Shown here: positions 39,372 to 48,337 of the stretch, in pieces | Numbering within the stretch: position 1 is the first letter of the stretch | How the letters are laid out: each line of letters starts with the position of its first letter | Origin: Spirochaetaceae bacterium | GTDB taxonomy: Bacteria > Spirochaetota > Spirochaetia > DSM-2461 | Direction: 5' to 3' | Assembly (NCBI GenBank): GCA_965224705.1 | Contig: OZ245056.1 | Coordinates: 1,824,001 to 1,888,000, forward strand | DNA: 64,000 nt | Notes under the pieces: model-generated | Database searches by the model: none | What the model saw: only the letters and a program-made list of their open reading frames with translations | Told to the model about the DNA's origin: nothing | Translations under genes and position numbers: made by a program

Positions 39372-40748
39372 ATGAAAACAGTCAGTCAAAACTCGGATCT
39401 TATTTTCGGTCTGGAAGATAAGCCATCGGTTTCCACGTCAATTTTTGCCGGTCTGCAGCACCTGCTTTCAATTTTCGTTGGCATTGTAACACCCCCCATA
39501 ATTATTTGTGGTGCACTTGGGTTCGATCTGCCGACGAAAGCTTTCATCATCAACATGGCTCTTTTTGCTTCGGGAATATCCACATTTATACAGATCCGGA
39601 GAATTGGACCAGTTGGTTCCGGCCTGCTGAGTGTTCAGGGTACCAGTTTCACATTCCTGGGTACGGTACTGGCCATTGGTTTTGCTGTCAAAGGTGATGG
39701 GGGCAGTACCAATGATATCCTGGCGACCATTTTTGGAACTTGCTTTGTGTGTTCCGCCGTTGAAATTGTCTTCAGTCGATTTATAAAGTTCCTCCGGAGT
39801 TTTATCACGCCTCTGGTAAGCGGAATTGTTGTAACTCTTATCGGCCTGTCCTTAATCCGGGTCGGTATTACCGATATTGGCGGCGGACAGTGGCTAATGG
39901 ACAATAAGCCGGAATTCTTTGCAAATGCTCAAAATCTTCTGCTGGCCGGCCTGGTTCTGGTGGTCATCGTCATCCTCAATCGCAACAGGAATAAGTTTAT
40001 CCGGCTGAGTTCCATTCTGATTGGACTTGTTCTGGGATATATAGTGGCTGGATTCATGGGCCAGGTCGATTTATCTCAATTGTCCGATTTGAGTGTTGTC
40101 AATGCCCCGATTCCATTTAAGTTTGGATTTTTTAAGATTCACTGGAGCTATGTCATACCCATGGCATTGCTCTATCTAATCACCACAGTGGAATCCATTG
40201 GTGATCTCACTGCTACCTCCATGATCTCCGGAGAACCTATTGAAGGAGATGCCTATATGAAGAGGATCTCAGGCGGTGTTCTTGGTGACGGCGTTAATTC
40301 TGCTCTTGCAGCTGTATTTAATTCCTTCCCCAATACCACTTTCAGCCAGAATAACGGTGTAATTCAATTGACTGGTGTTGCAAGTCGCCGGGTAGGTTAT
40401 TACATTGCCGGTCTATTGGTTCTGTTCGGACTGTTCCCCATTGTAGGCGGAGTATTCTCAATTATTCCAAAGTCTGTTCTGGGAGGGGCAACCATTATCA
40501 TGTTCGCAACTGTAGCCGCATCAGGTATTCGAATTATTTCTACTTCCGTTATTGACAGGCGGGGCATCATGATTATGGCCTTATCGTTTGGTTTAGGCCT
40601 GGGTGTCGTTCTGAATCCAATGATTCTTCAGAACTTCCCCCCATTCGTGAAGCAGGTATTTGGTTCTGCCATCACCACTGGTGGACTTACGGCAATCTTT
40701 CTCAATGTAATTTTACCCAAATCTCTCAGGGAACAGACTGCCTCGTAA
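39372..40748 (+). CDS. Xanthine/uracil permease (NCS2 family)
   Basis: GLQH, QGTSF, ESIGD, TTFSQNNGVIQLTGVASR and VLGG motifs. Confidence 0.95.
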   Translation: MKTVSQNSDLIFGLEDKPSVSTSIFAGLQHLLSIFVGIVTPPIIICGALGFDLPTKAFIINMALFASGISTFIQIRRIGPVGSGLLSVQGTSFTFLGTVLAIGFAVKGDGGSTNDILATIFGTCFVCSAVEIVFSRFIKFLRSFITPLVSGIVVTLIGLSLIRVGITDIGGGQWLMDNKPEFFANAQNLLLAGLVLVVIVILNRNRNKFIRLSSILIGLVLGYIVAGFMGQVDLSQLSDLSVVNAPIPFKFGFFKIHWSYVIPMALLYLITTVESIGDLTATSMISGEPIEGDAYMKRISGGVLGDGVNSALAAVFNSFPNTTFSQNNGVIQLTGVASRRVGYYIAGLLVLFGLFPIVGGVFSIIPKSVLGGATIIMFATVAASGIRIISTSVIDRRGIMIMALSFGLGLGVVLNPMILQNFPPFVKQVFGSAITTGGLTAIFLNVILPKSLREQTAS

Positions 40749-40759
40749 AGAATAATATC

Positions 40760-40789
40760 GGGCCTGATTCTGTCTGCAGAATCAGGCTC
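40760..40789. terminator. Hairpin downstream of the permease (possible terminator)
   Basis: GGGCCTGATTCTG-TCTG-CAGAATCAGGCTC; no clear U tract on the + strand. Confidence 0.4.
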
Positions 40790-40948
40790 AAAGGCACGAA
40801 AAATTTTGTAATAAAAGCAGCAGACCTGCATGGCATTTCCAATAGTGCGGAAAGGATTTGTACCCACCAGTTGTCCGCCAGGAACCTATCCAGCCCCTAT
40901 GAGTACGACAGAAGGTGGGCATTGGTCAGGATTTGAAGACTCTTCTGA

Positions 40949-41044
40949 GTGTCAGAAAGCCTGGAGAATAGCGAAATGCTGCTCCATAACCGGCTCTAAT
41001 CCCCGTAGAGTGCCGGATATCGACTTTTACAGGCTTCCTGACAC
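40949..41044. mobile_element. MITE-like element (GTGTCAGAAAGC family), 96 bp
   Basis: TIRs GTGTCAGAAAGCCTG and CAGGCTTCCTGACAC. Confidence 0.75.
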
Positions 41045-41232
41045 GACATAAATTAATTAATACCATTTTTATATTATTTAAAGCATGGTTTTTTCGTATT
41101 TAATTTCTACTGAAATGGTATTATTTAATATACAAAAATTGAATGAAAGTTCTATTGACTTTGAACCTGTATTTCTTCAATAATTATACCCAATATTCAT
41201 TTACATCATTGTAAAGAAAATGGAGGCATTAA

Positions 41233-42501
41233 ATGCAAATAGTTGATTCAAGGAACAGGGGCCTGGCCGGGAGTACATGGGGATTCTTCATTGGGTTCGC
41301 CGCTGTAACTCTCTTTGCCCCTCTGAGCAATTACCTTGCTCTATCACCATCACAAAGAGCGCTGCTTCTGGGTATTTCCAGCTTGACGGGGTCCCTTCTG
41401 CGAATACCATTTGCAGCATGGTGCGACACAACAGGCGGAAAAAAACCCATGATTGTGTTACTCTCACTGGCCTCGATCGGTATGCTCGGGATCTACGTGA
41501 TCCTTGGGAATACCCCGGAAAGGGTAAAAGAACTGCTGCCCACTCTACTGTTTTTCGGTGCCCTGGCAGGATGCGGTATTGCGACATTTTCTGTTGGTAT
41601 AGGTCAAACTTCGTACTGGTTCCCAAAAAAAGAGCAGGGTAAGGCTCTGGGTATTTATGCCGGTGTCGGAAATCTGGCACCCGGGATATTTGTCTTTTTG
41701 ATTACAAATTTTCTCCTTGCAGCCATCGGTGTGAGAAATACCTACCTGTTGTGGACCATTCTGTTGATTTCCGGAACGGTTTTCTATGCGTTCTTTGCCA
41801 AAAATGCATGGTATTTCCAGTTGAGATCTGCTGGAAAAAGCGACGCAGAAGCTCGGCAGATTGCTGTTGACCAATATAAACAGGAAGTTTTTCCAACAGG
41901 CACAGTTGTGCAGAGTCTCAAACAATCCGCCGGGATCTGGCAGACATGGATACTGGTTTTCGCCTACTTTCTCACTTTCGGCGGGTTTCTGGCATTAACC
42001 AACTGGTTCAAAGAGCTGTTCAGCAATTATCACGGCCTTACCCTGGCTCAGGCTGGTATGTGGACCTCCATATATTCAATTGGTGCTTCACTGGTGAGAG
42101 TTTTCTCAGGATCCATCACCGACAGGATCGGCGGACGTCAGTCCACATTGATTTTCATTGGGATTACATTTGTCGGAGCTCTTCTAATAGCTGTAACAAA
42201 CGCATATCCACTTCACATTGCGGGTCTTCTCATAATGACTGTTGGAATGGGCGGAGGCAATGCCGGTGTGTTCAAAATGGTTCCTCAATTCATACCTCAC
42301 GCCGTTGGCGGTGCTGCAGGCTGGGTTGGTGGACTGGGTGCCACTGGAGGGTTTGTTCTTCCTCTTATACTGGCATCATTTCTTACTGCGGGAACTGCGA
42401 TGGATAAGGGGTATACCAATGGATTCTATGTGTTTGTCGTGCTTTCCCTGATCGTATTCATTGCAACCGCGCTACTGCCAAAAAAGGCAAAGGAGGATTG
42501 A
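41233..42501 (+). CDS. NarK/NasA-type nitrate/nitrite MFS transporter
   Basis: GSLLRIP, G.GIATFSVGI..TSYWFP..QG.ALG, FGGF and GG..GWVGG.GA.GGF motifs. Confidence 0.9.
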   Translation: MQIVDSRNRGLAGSTWGFFIGFAAVTLFAPLSNYLALSPSQRALLLGISSLTGSLLRIPFAAWCDTTGGKKPMIVLLSLASIGMLGIYVILGNTPERVKELLPTLLFFGALAGCGIATFSVGIGQTSYWFPKKEQGKALGIYAGVGNLAPGIFVFLITNFLLAAIGVRNTYLLWTILLISGTVFYAFFAKNAWYFQLRSAGKSDAEARQIAVDQYKQEVFPTGTVVQSLKQSAGIWQTWILVFAYFLTFGGFLALTNWFKELFSNYHGLTLAQAGMWTSIYSIGASLVRVFSGSITDRIGGRQSTLIFIGITFVGALLIAVTNAYPLHIAGLLIMTVGMGGGNAGVFKMVPQFIPHAVGGAAGWVGGLGATGGFVLPLILASFLTAGTAMDKGYTNGFYVFVVLSLIVFIATALLPKKAKED

Positions 42502-42502
42502 A

Positions 42503-44584
42503 ATGGCTGAAATTGTCAATGGAATGTGTAATTATTGTGGTGTGGGATGCAGCCTGCAGTTCATTGTCGACGATAACGGCAGTGTAACCAGGGTAAAAGG
42601 AAATCCCACCTACGCTGTCAATGCCGGTAAACTTTGCCCAAAGGGATTCAAAATCATGGATCCCATCAATGCCGCAGATAGAGGAACTGTACCTCTGATC
42701 AGGGATGGCGGCAATGAGAAGCAGGTCAGCTGGGATGAAGCTCTGGGTACAATGTGCCGTAAGATCAAAGACATTCAAAGCAGACACGGAAAAAAATCCG
42801 CAGCATTCATCAGCACCGGACAACTCTTTACTGAAGAGTTTGCTCTTCTTGGCCTGCTGCGCGGTGTGATGGGTATCGACGGGGATGGAAATACAAGACA
42901 ATGCATGGCCAGTGCCGTCATGGGCTACAAGCAGGCCCTGGGCTTTGATGCCCCGCCGTTAACATATCAGGACATGGAAGAATCCGACTGTATCATACTT
43001 ATCGGCTCAAACACCTATGTGGCCCATCCCATTGTCTGGGAGAGGTATAAGAAGAACAAAAATGATCATGATCTGATAGTGATTGACCCCAGGAAAACTC
43101 CCGTAACGGATAAAGCCACTCTTCACCTTCCCGTCAAACCAAAGCGCGACCTCCTCCTTCTTTACACACTGGCCAATACATTGATCCGTAATGGAAAAGC
43201 CATAAATAAGGAGTATATAGAAAACCATACCAGTGGTTTCAATGAGTTCAAAGAATTCGTCAGCAAATTCTCAAGGGAGGATGTGGAAGAGCAGACAGGA
43301 GTATCCCTGGCGAGTTTTGATAAACTGGTTGAAAAAGTTGAGAGCCGTCAAAAAGTGAGCTTCTGGTGGTGTCAGGGTGTCAATCAGAGTCATCAGGGAA
43401 CAAGAACCGTACAGGCTATTATCAACATTACCCTCATGACGGGGAACATAGGTCGGCCAGGAACAGGCCCCAACTCCCTGACAGGACAGACCAACGCCAT
43501 GGGTTCAAGGATGTACAGCAATACGACCTGTCTCTATGGTGGGCGGGACTATGCAAAACCGGAACACCGGCGCCAGGTGGCCGATATGCTTTCCATAAGT
43601 GATGACATGATTCCCGATACAGCATCCAAACCCTACGACAAAATAATTGACTGTGTTGACAGTGGAGAAATAAAAGCTCTGTGGATAGTCTGCACTAACC
43701 CGCTGCATTCCTGGATCAATTCCAATCGCATTACATCTCTTTTTCATGGACTGGAGCTGCTTGTTGTCCAGGATTTATTCCCCGATACAGCAACATCCAA
43801 ACATGCCCACATCTACCTTCCCGCTGCCGGCATTGGCGAAAAAAAAGGTTCGTTGATCAATTCTGAACGCCGGATTGGCTGTTCTCCAGTTGTTAAACAG
43901 GCCCCTGGCCATGCTCTTTCCGATTATCAGATCTTCTACAAAATAGCAGAACACTGGGGTGTCGATGCCTCCGTACTCGCAAAATGGAAAACACCGGAAG
44001 ATGCCTTTGAACTGATCAAAACAATGAGTGCCGGTATGCCGTGTGATATCAGTGGAATCCAGGACTATGATTTCATTATGAACAACAACGGAATTCAATG
44101 GCCCTTCCCCAGGGAGTCAGCATTGGGCCAGAGTAATCGCAGACTTTTTGAAGATGGACAGTTTTTCACCCCTGACAGGAAGGCAAAATTCCTATTTTCC
44201 GAATGGTCGGCACCAAAGCAGGAACCTGATGATGAATACCCATTGTACCTGCTGACAGGCCGGGGTTCCCAGGCCCAGTTTCACACAATGACACGAACAG
44301 GACGTTCCTCTCAACTGAACAAGGTGTATCCAGATCGGGCCTATATTGAAGTACATGCTGAGGATGCCAGGCATTATGGCGTTGAAAACGATACTCTGGT
44401 AAAAATCATTTCGCGGCAGGGAGAGCATCAGGCAAGAGTTCTTATCTCCGATGTTGTTTCGAAGGGAAGCATATTCAGTCCAATGCATTTCTTTGGCACA
44501 AATAATCTTGTTCCGGAAGATTTTGATGAAATCTCAAGAGAACCATCCTATAAAACCGGTGCAGTGAGATTGGAACGAGTATGA
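42503..44584 (+). CDS. Cytoplasmic molybdopterin nitrate reductase (NarB/NasC-like)
   Basis: 4Fe-4S motif CNYCGVGC...CPKG, NTRQCMASA, QGVNQS, SLTGQTNAMG, LLTGR and PSYK; no Tat signal. Confidence 0.9.
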   Translation: MAEIVNGMCNYCGVGCSLQFIVDDNGSVTRVKGNPTYAVNAGKLCPKGFKIMDPINAADRGTVPLIRDGGNEKQVSWDEALGTMCRKIKDIQSRHGKKSAAFISTGQLFTEEFALLGLLRGVMGIDGDGNTRQCMASAVMGYKQALGFDAPPLTYQDMEESDCIILIGSNTYVAHPIVWERYKKNKNDHDLIVIDPRKTPVTDKATLHLPVKPKRDLLLLYTLANTLIRNGKAINKEYIENHTSGFNEFKEFVSKFSREDVEEQTGVSLASFDKLVEKVESRQKVSFWWCQGVNQSHQGTRTVQAIINITLMTGNIGRPGTGPNSLTGQTNAMGSRMYSNTTCLYGGRDYAKPEHRRQVADMLSISDDMIPDTASKPYDKIIDCVDSGEIKALWIVCTNPLHSWINSNRITSLFHGLELLVVQDLFPDTATSKHAHIYLPAAGIGEKKGSLINSERRIGCSPVVKQAPGHALSDYQIFYKIAEHWGVDASVLAKWKTPEDAFELIKTMSAGMPCDISGIQDYDFIMNNNGIQWPFPRESALGQSNRRLFEDGQFFTPDRKAKFLFSEWSAPKQEPDDEYPLYLLTGRGSQAQFHTMTRTGRSSQLNKVYPDRAYIEVHAEDARHYGVENDTLVKIISRQGEHQARVLISDVVSKGSIFSPMHFFGTNNLVPEDFDEISREPSYKTGAVRLERV

Positions 44585-45174
44585 CAGCCCTGGCAGGCCT
44601 CATCCTGGTCGGCGGTAGAAACCGGCGTATGGGTAAGAAGAAGCCGCAGATGAGAATCGGTCCGAACCATACTGAAATGCGGGAGTATCTGTACGAGCTG
44701 CTCTCGACTTTTCTGGGAACATGTGTGTTTTCGATCAATCGTCAGCAAAAAAAAGATGCTTATTACAGGGATAAAATCTGTGTGACGGACTTGATTGAAG
44801 ACAGGGGACCGATGGGAGGCCTGCTGTCTGCCATAACTGAATTTCCAGAATACTCCTTCCTTGCGGTGGCCTGCGATATGCCTAATATCAATACCGGGCT
44901 GTTTCAGCAATTGCTGCATCACCGAGGTGGGGAGGGGGTGTTTTTTGAATTAAACTCCCGTATTGAGCCTCTTTGCGGGATTTATGAGAATACAATGTTC
45001 GATAGAATTCATAAAGCTTTCAATAATGGCGAATTCAGCTTGCAAAAAATGCTCAATCATGCGAAGATAAAACGTATTGCATTGGATTCGGCAGTACCGT
45101 TATTCAATGTTAATACACCATTAGATCTCAACAAATTACAAGGAGAGAATCATGGACAAAAAATCGTGGTTTAA
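44581..45174 (+). CDS. mobA: Molybdenum cofactor guanylyltransferase
   Basis: GLILVGG.NRRMG, GPMGG, VACDMP, EPL..IY and NVNTP motifs. Confidence 0.9.
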   Translation: MTALAGLILVGGRNRRMGKKKPQMRIGPNHTEMREYLYELLSTFLGTCVFSINRQQKKDAYYRDKICVTDLIEDRGPMGGLLSAITEFPEYSFLAVACDMPNINTGLFQQLLHHRGGEGVFFELNSRIEPLCGIYENTMFDRIHKAFNNGEFSLQKMLNHAKIKRIALDSAVPLFNVNTPLDLNKLQGENHGQKIVV

Positions 45175-45790
45175 AGTTTTACATTACGGCGCCCTGTGGG
45201 GTATTGCCGAAGCGACACTGGGTTATGCCCTGCATGCTTTCCCGATAATCGCCGGCCTGAGAATCTCAGGATCAATCATGTTTCCCATAGGTGTACTGTG
45301 CATGTACAATGCCTTCAAGAAGACGGACAAGTCACAGGCCATTCTCTTGACAGCCGTGGTTGCGGCCGCTATTAAATCTGTTAACTTCCTGATGCCAGCC
45401 ACCAATGTTTTTAATCCAATGATGGCCATCGTCATTGAAGGTCTGGCGGTATTACTGATCATGCCTGCCATGCTTGGCAATTCAACACGGTTAATCACAC
45501 TTTTTAGCATGGGTTTTGCGGCATCTGTTGTATGGCGAATCCCCTTCCTTTACGTACCCTTTCTGATGAAAACCAAAGGGATGTGGCAGATGCCCCCGGA
45601 ACGCTGGGTTCCGTTCTTGACAGTCACTCCATTTTTCAGTGGACTTTTCATTGCAGGTTTCCTTGCGCTGGCAATACGATTCCCTCTGAAAGGTCATGCC
45701 GAAAAATTGTATGAAAAGGTTGCTTTTGCCCCTGCCGGGCTCTTTGCAACAATATGTGTTGCTTTTGCCCTGGAAGTATTCATCCGTTAG
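45152..45790 (+). CDS. Uncharacterised membrane protein (about 6 TM; possible S-component-like transporter)
   Basis: Hydrophobic protein of 212 aa with GALWG..E..LG N-terminal motif. Confidence 0.65.
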   Translation: MDKKSWFKVLHYGALWGIAEATLGYALHAFPIIAGLRISGSIMFPIGVLCMYNAFKKTDKSQAILLTAVVAAAIKSVNFLMPATNVFNPMMAIVIEGLAVLLIMPAMLGNSTRLITLFSMGFAASVVWRIPFLYVPFLMKTKGMWQMPPERWVPFLTVTPFFSGLFIAGFLALAIRFPLKGHAEKLYEKVAFAPAGLFATICVAFALEVFIR

Positions 45791-45845
45791 CCAGAGTTGA
45801 GAATCCCATTTCCTACAAAGGACACTATCTCCTGTATGGGAGGTA

Positions 45846-46367
45846 GTGTTTGTTATGTCGGCTTCCCTGCTTGAGTCTTTCATAAACGATTGCCGAAGCA
45901 ATGGTTTTCCCTGCCTGATCATCTGTGCTGGACGCAACTCCGGGAAAACGACTCGCTTCAAGAGCATTTTAGCATCCTTACGGGGGGAATTCGGCCTCAC
46001 AGGTATTATTGCAGAGTCAACTGAACTGAAAAACCGCTATATAGCACAGGATATAAATTCAGGTAGGACCACTGTTCTTATGGAGGAATCCAATCGGATG
46101 AATCCTGGGGATTTTTCTTACAATCGATTCATCGTTCACCAGAATCAATTCGATTCCCTGACCGGCAGGATTATTGATTCCTACCAGAAACAGATCATTG
46201 CCATCGACGAAATTGGAAAAATAGAACTTGAGGGCAGAGGTTGGTTCCAATTACTCAAATTCGCAAACCAGAAACCTCTTCTCATCACTGTCAGAGATAG
46301 ATTTGTCAGGGAAGTCACCGATAAACTCATTGGCAAACGGAGTAAAATTCTCATTGAGCAATGCTGA
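45846..46367 (+). CDS. NTPase_1/DUF2478-like P-loop protein
   Basis: AGRNSGKTT and IAIDEIGKIEL.G.G motifs. Confidence 0.75.
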   Translation: MFVMSASLLESFINDCRSNGFPCLIICAGRNSGKTTRFKSILASLRGEFGLTGIIAESTELKNRYIAQDINSGRTTVLMEESNRMNPGDFSYNRFIVHQNQFDSLTGRIIDSYQKQIIAIDEIGKIELEGRGWFQLLKFANQKPLLITVRDRFVREVTDKLIGKRSKILIEQC

Positions 46368-46492
46368 CAGCCTCCTGGCTGACATACTTCTGCCAGAATC
46401 CAGCCTGATAATCGCCTGGTTTTTGGGCAGAAATACAATTGATAGTAAAACGCATCTGAACTATCTTCACCTGAAAACTCAGGAGGTATTGT

Positions 46493-46927
46493 ATGCTATC
46501 AAGAAATGGGTGGGTAATCTCTTCTTTCATACTTTTTTTCGTTTTCAGCTATTTCAGCTGTTCGGATGTCAGAAAGGTTTACTTCGGATCATATCACGAT
46601 CTTATCAAATCCGATTACATCACCAAAGGGTGGGTACCTGAAGATTTCCCTGAAAACACTTCCGGCATTGAATTAAAGTATAACCTGGATACAAATCAAG
46701 TGTGGATAAAATGCCGCTATTCAGGTGAAATCAATTTCGGAAACAGAGAAATCTCTGATCTAAACGACTCCCTTATAATGATAGAACTTGCCGGTAAGGA
46801 TTTCAGCAGGAATGAGAATCTGGAGTTTTTATCCATTGGCTTTGATGAGTACATTGCAGTTGATACTGAGAACAAGAATCTGAGCTACTATAGGGATCCT
46901 TATGCAGTGTCAGAAAGCTTGTTATAG
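46493..46927 (+). CDS. Hypothetical lipoprotein whose last codons come from a MITE TIR
   Basis: SD CAGGAGG, spirochaetal-type lipobox FSC, GWVP motif; ends GTGTCAGAAAGCTTGTTATAG. Confidence 0.65.
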   Translation: MLSRNGWVISSFILFFVFSYFSCSDVRKVYFGSYHDLIKSDYITKGWVPEDFPENTSGIELKYNLDTNQVWIKCRYSGEINFGNREISDLNDSLIMIELAGKDFSRNENLEFLSIGFDEYIAVDTENKNLSYYRDPYAVSESLL

Positions 46928-47126
46928 CCTGGCTTCATTAGAATCCAGGCAGATGGAGATCCCTGCCAGGTATAGTCGTTCAATGCTGACTGATGGCTGT
47001 GATTCGGCGAATCACTCTCTTGAACGGCGAGAAGCTCTGCCGGAGAAGATTATTGTAATTACTTATTCTATAAGATATTAATTCTCTGATGAACGCAGTC
47101 GATTTATTTAACAAGCTTTCTGACAC
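46907..47126. mobile_element. MITE-like element (GTGTCAGAAAGC family), 220 bp
   Basis: Perfect 18-bp TIRs GTGTCAGAAAGCTTGTTA and TAACAAGCTTTCTGACAC. Confidence 0.85.
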
Positions 47127-47275
47127 AGCAAAACCGCCAGATGGCCTTGAAATTCATGTCGGTCACCTAAAAAGACAGCAGCCCCTTCCGGCCCCTAACC
47201 GACATCTCCATCCCACTATAGAAGGACGTATAACGTTTATCGATAATTTCATCGAACAAACAGCGTTTCATCCGT

Positions 47276-47686
47276 TCAAAGACCATATTTACTGTAAAGA
47301 TCTGGATAAACTTCATCCAGAAATAGAGGTAGACCTGATTTCTTATCCAGACATACAGTAGTAACTCTGGCCCTTATAACCTGTGTGCCATCTTTTTTGA
47401 AAACATCCTGGAGGAATACAAGCCTTGTTGACCTTTTACGCTCCAATGCAATTTTTACGGTAAAAACGTCTCCTGGAACCAGGGCATTCAGGTAATCAAT
47501 TTCCACCCGGCTGACCAGGGCCAGTTTTCCTTCGTCAAATAATTCATTGAAATCCACACCTTCGGATTTAATAAATTTATGTCTGGTATGAGACAGGTAA
47601 TTCTGATATTGACCATTGTTGACCACACCCTGGATATCGCATTCATTGTCCCTGACTTCAAATTCCAGTTCATATACATAGTCCAT
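47276..47686 (-). CDS. Acyl-CoA thioesterase (4HBT/YbgC family)
   Basis: VRDNECDIQGVVNN..Y motif. Confidence 0.9.
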   Translation of the reverse strand: MDYVYELEFEVRDNECDIQGVVNNGQYQNYLSHTRHKFIKSEGVDFNELFDEGKLALVSRVEIDYLNALVPGDVFTVKIALERKRSTRLVFLQDVFKKDGTQVIRARVTTVCLDKKSGLPLFLDEVYPDLYSKYGL

Positions 47687-47719
47687 AGACTTAACTCCTC
47701 TTTCGGCAGATAATACCAC

Positions 47720-48271
47720 ATGACCAATAATAAAGATCGCCTTACCTTACTCACTATAGCTCGAATGGCCATCCAGGCCAGGCTCCAGAATCGCCCGGTG
47801 AACCCTCAGCAATTACTGCCGCCCGGAGCTGAAGCGCCTGCCGGATCCGGAGGGGTGTTTGTTACTTTGAAAATTGATGGTAAATTGCATGGATGCATTG
47901 GGCAACTGACTTCTGATAAACCCATCCTGCAAACTGTTGCGAACACAGCCTGTTCCGCTGCATTTTCCGATCCGCGCTTCCCTCCTTTGAATGAGCAGAA
48001 ACTCAGTGCCGTCAGAATTGAAATCTCCCGGCTTTCAGATTTATTCCCTATAAAAGCCAATGATGTGGAAATCGGTAAACACGGCCTGTTGCTATCCCTG
48101 GGTCATCGCTCAGGAGTCTTCCTCCCACAGGTTCCCATAGAGCAGGGATGGGACCTGCCGGATTATCTCGAAAACCTCTGCCTTAAAGCCGGTGTTCCGC
48201 CCAATACATGGAAAAACCCTGAAGCTGTGCTTGAAGCCTTCACAACAGAATCTTTTTCGGAACAGACCTGA
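47720..48271 (+). CDS. AmmeMemoRadiSam system protein A (AMMECR1 domain)
   Basis: GVFVTL...L.GCIG, AAFSDPRF, GVFLPQV..EQGW and LCLKAG motifs. Confidence 0.92.
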   Translation: MTNNKDRLTLLTIARMAIQARLQNRPVNPQQLLPPGAEAPAGSGGVFVTLKIDGKLHGCIGQLTSDKPILQTVANTACSAAFSDPRFPPLNEQKLSAVRIEISRLSDLFPIKANDVEIGKHGLLLSLGHRSGVFLPQVPIEQGWDLPDYLENLCLKAGVPPNTWKNPEAVLEAFTTESFSEQT

Positions 48272-48337
48272 AACGACCAGCCGTCTCATGGTCTTGTGGC
48301 GGACAGGGAAGGCATCCCTCAATTTCATTCAAATGAT

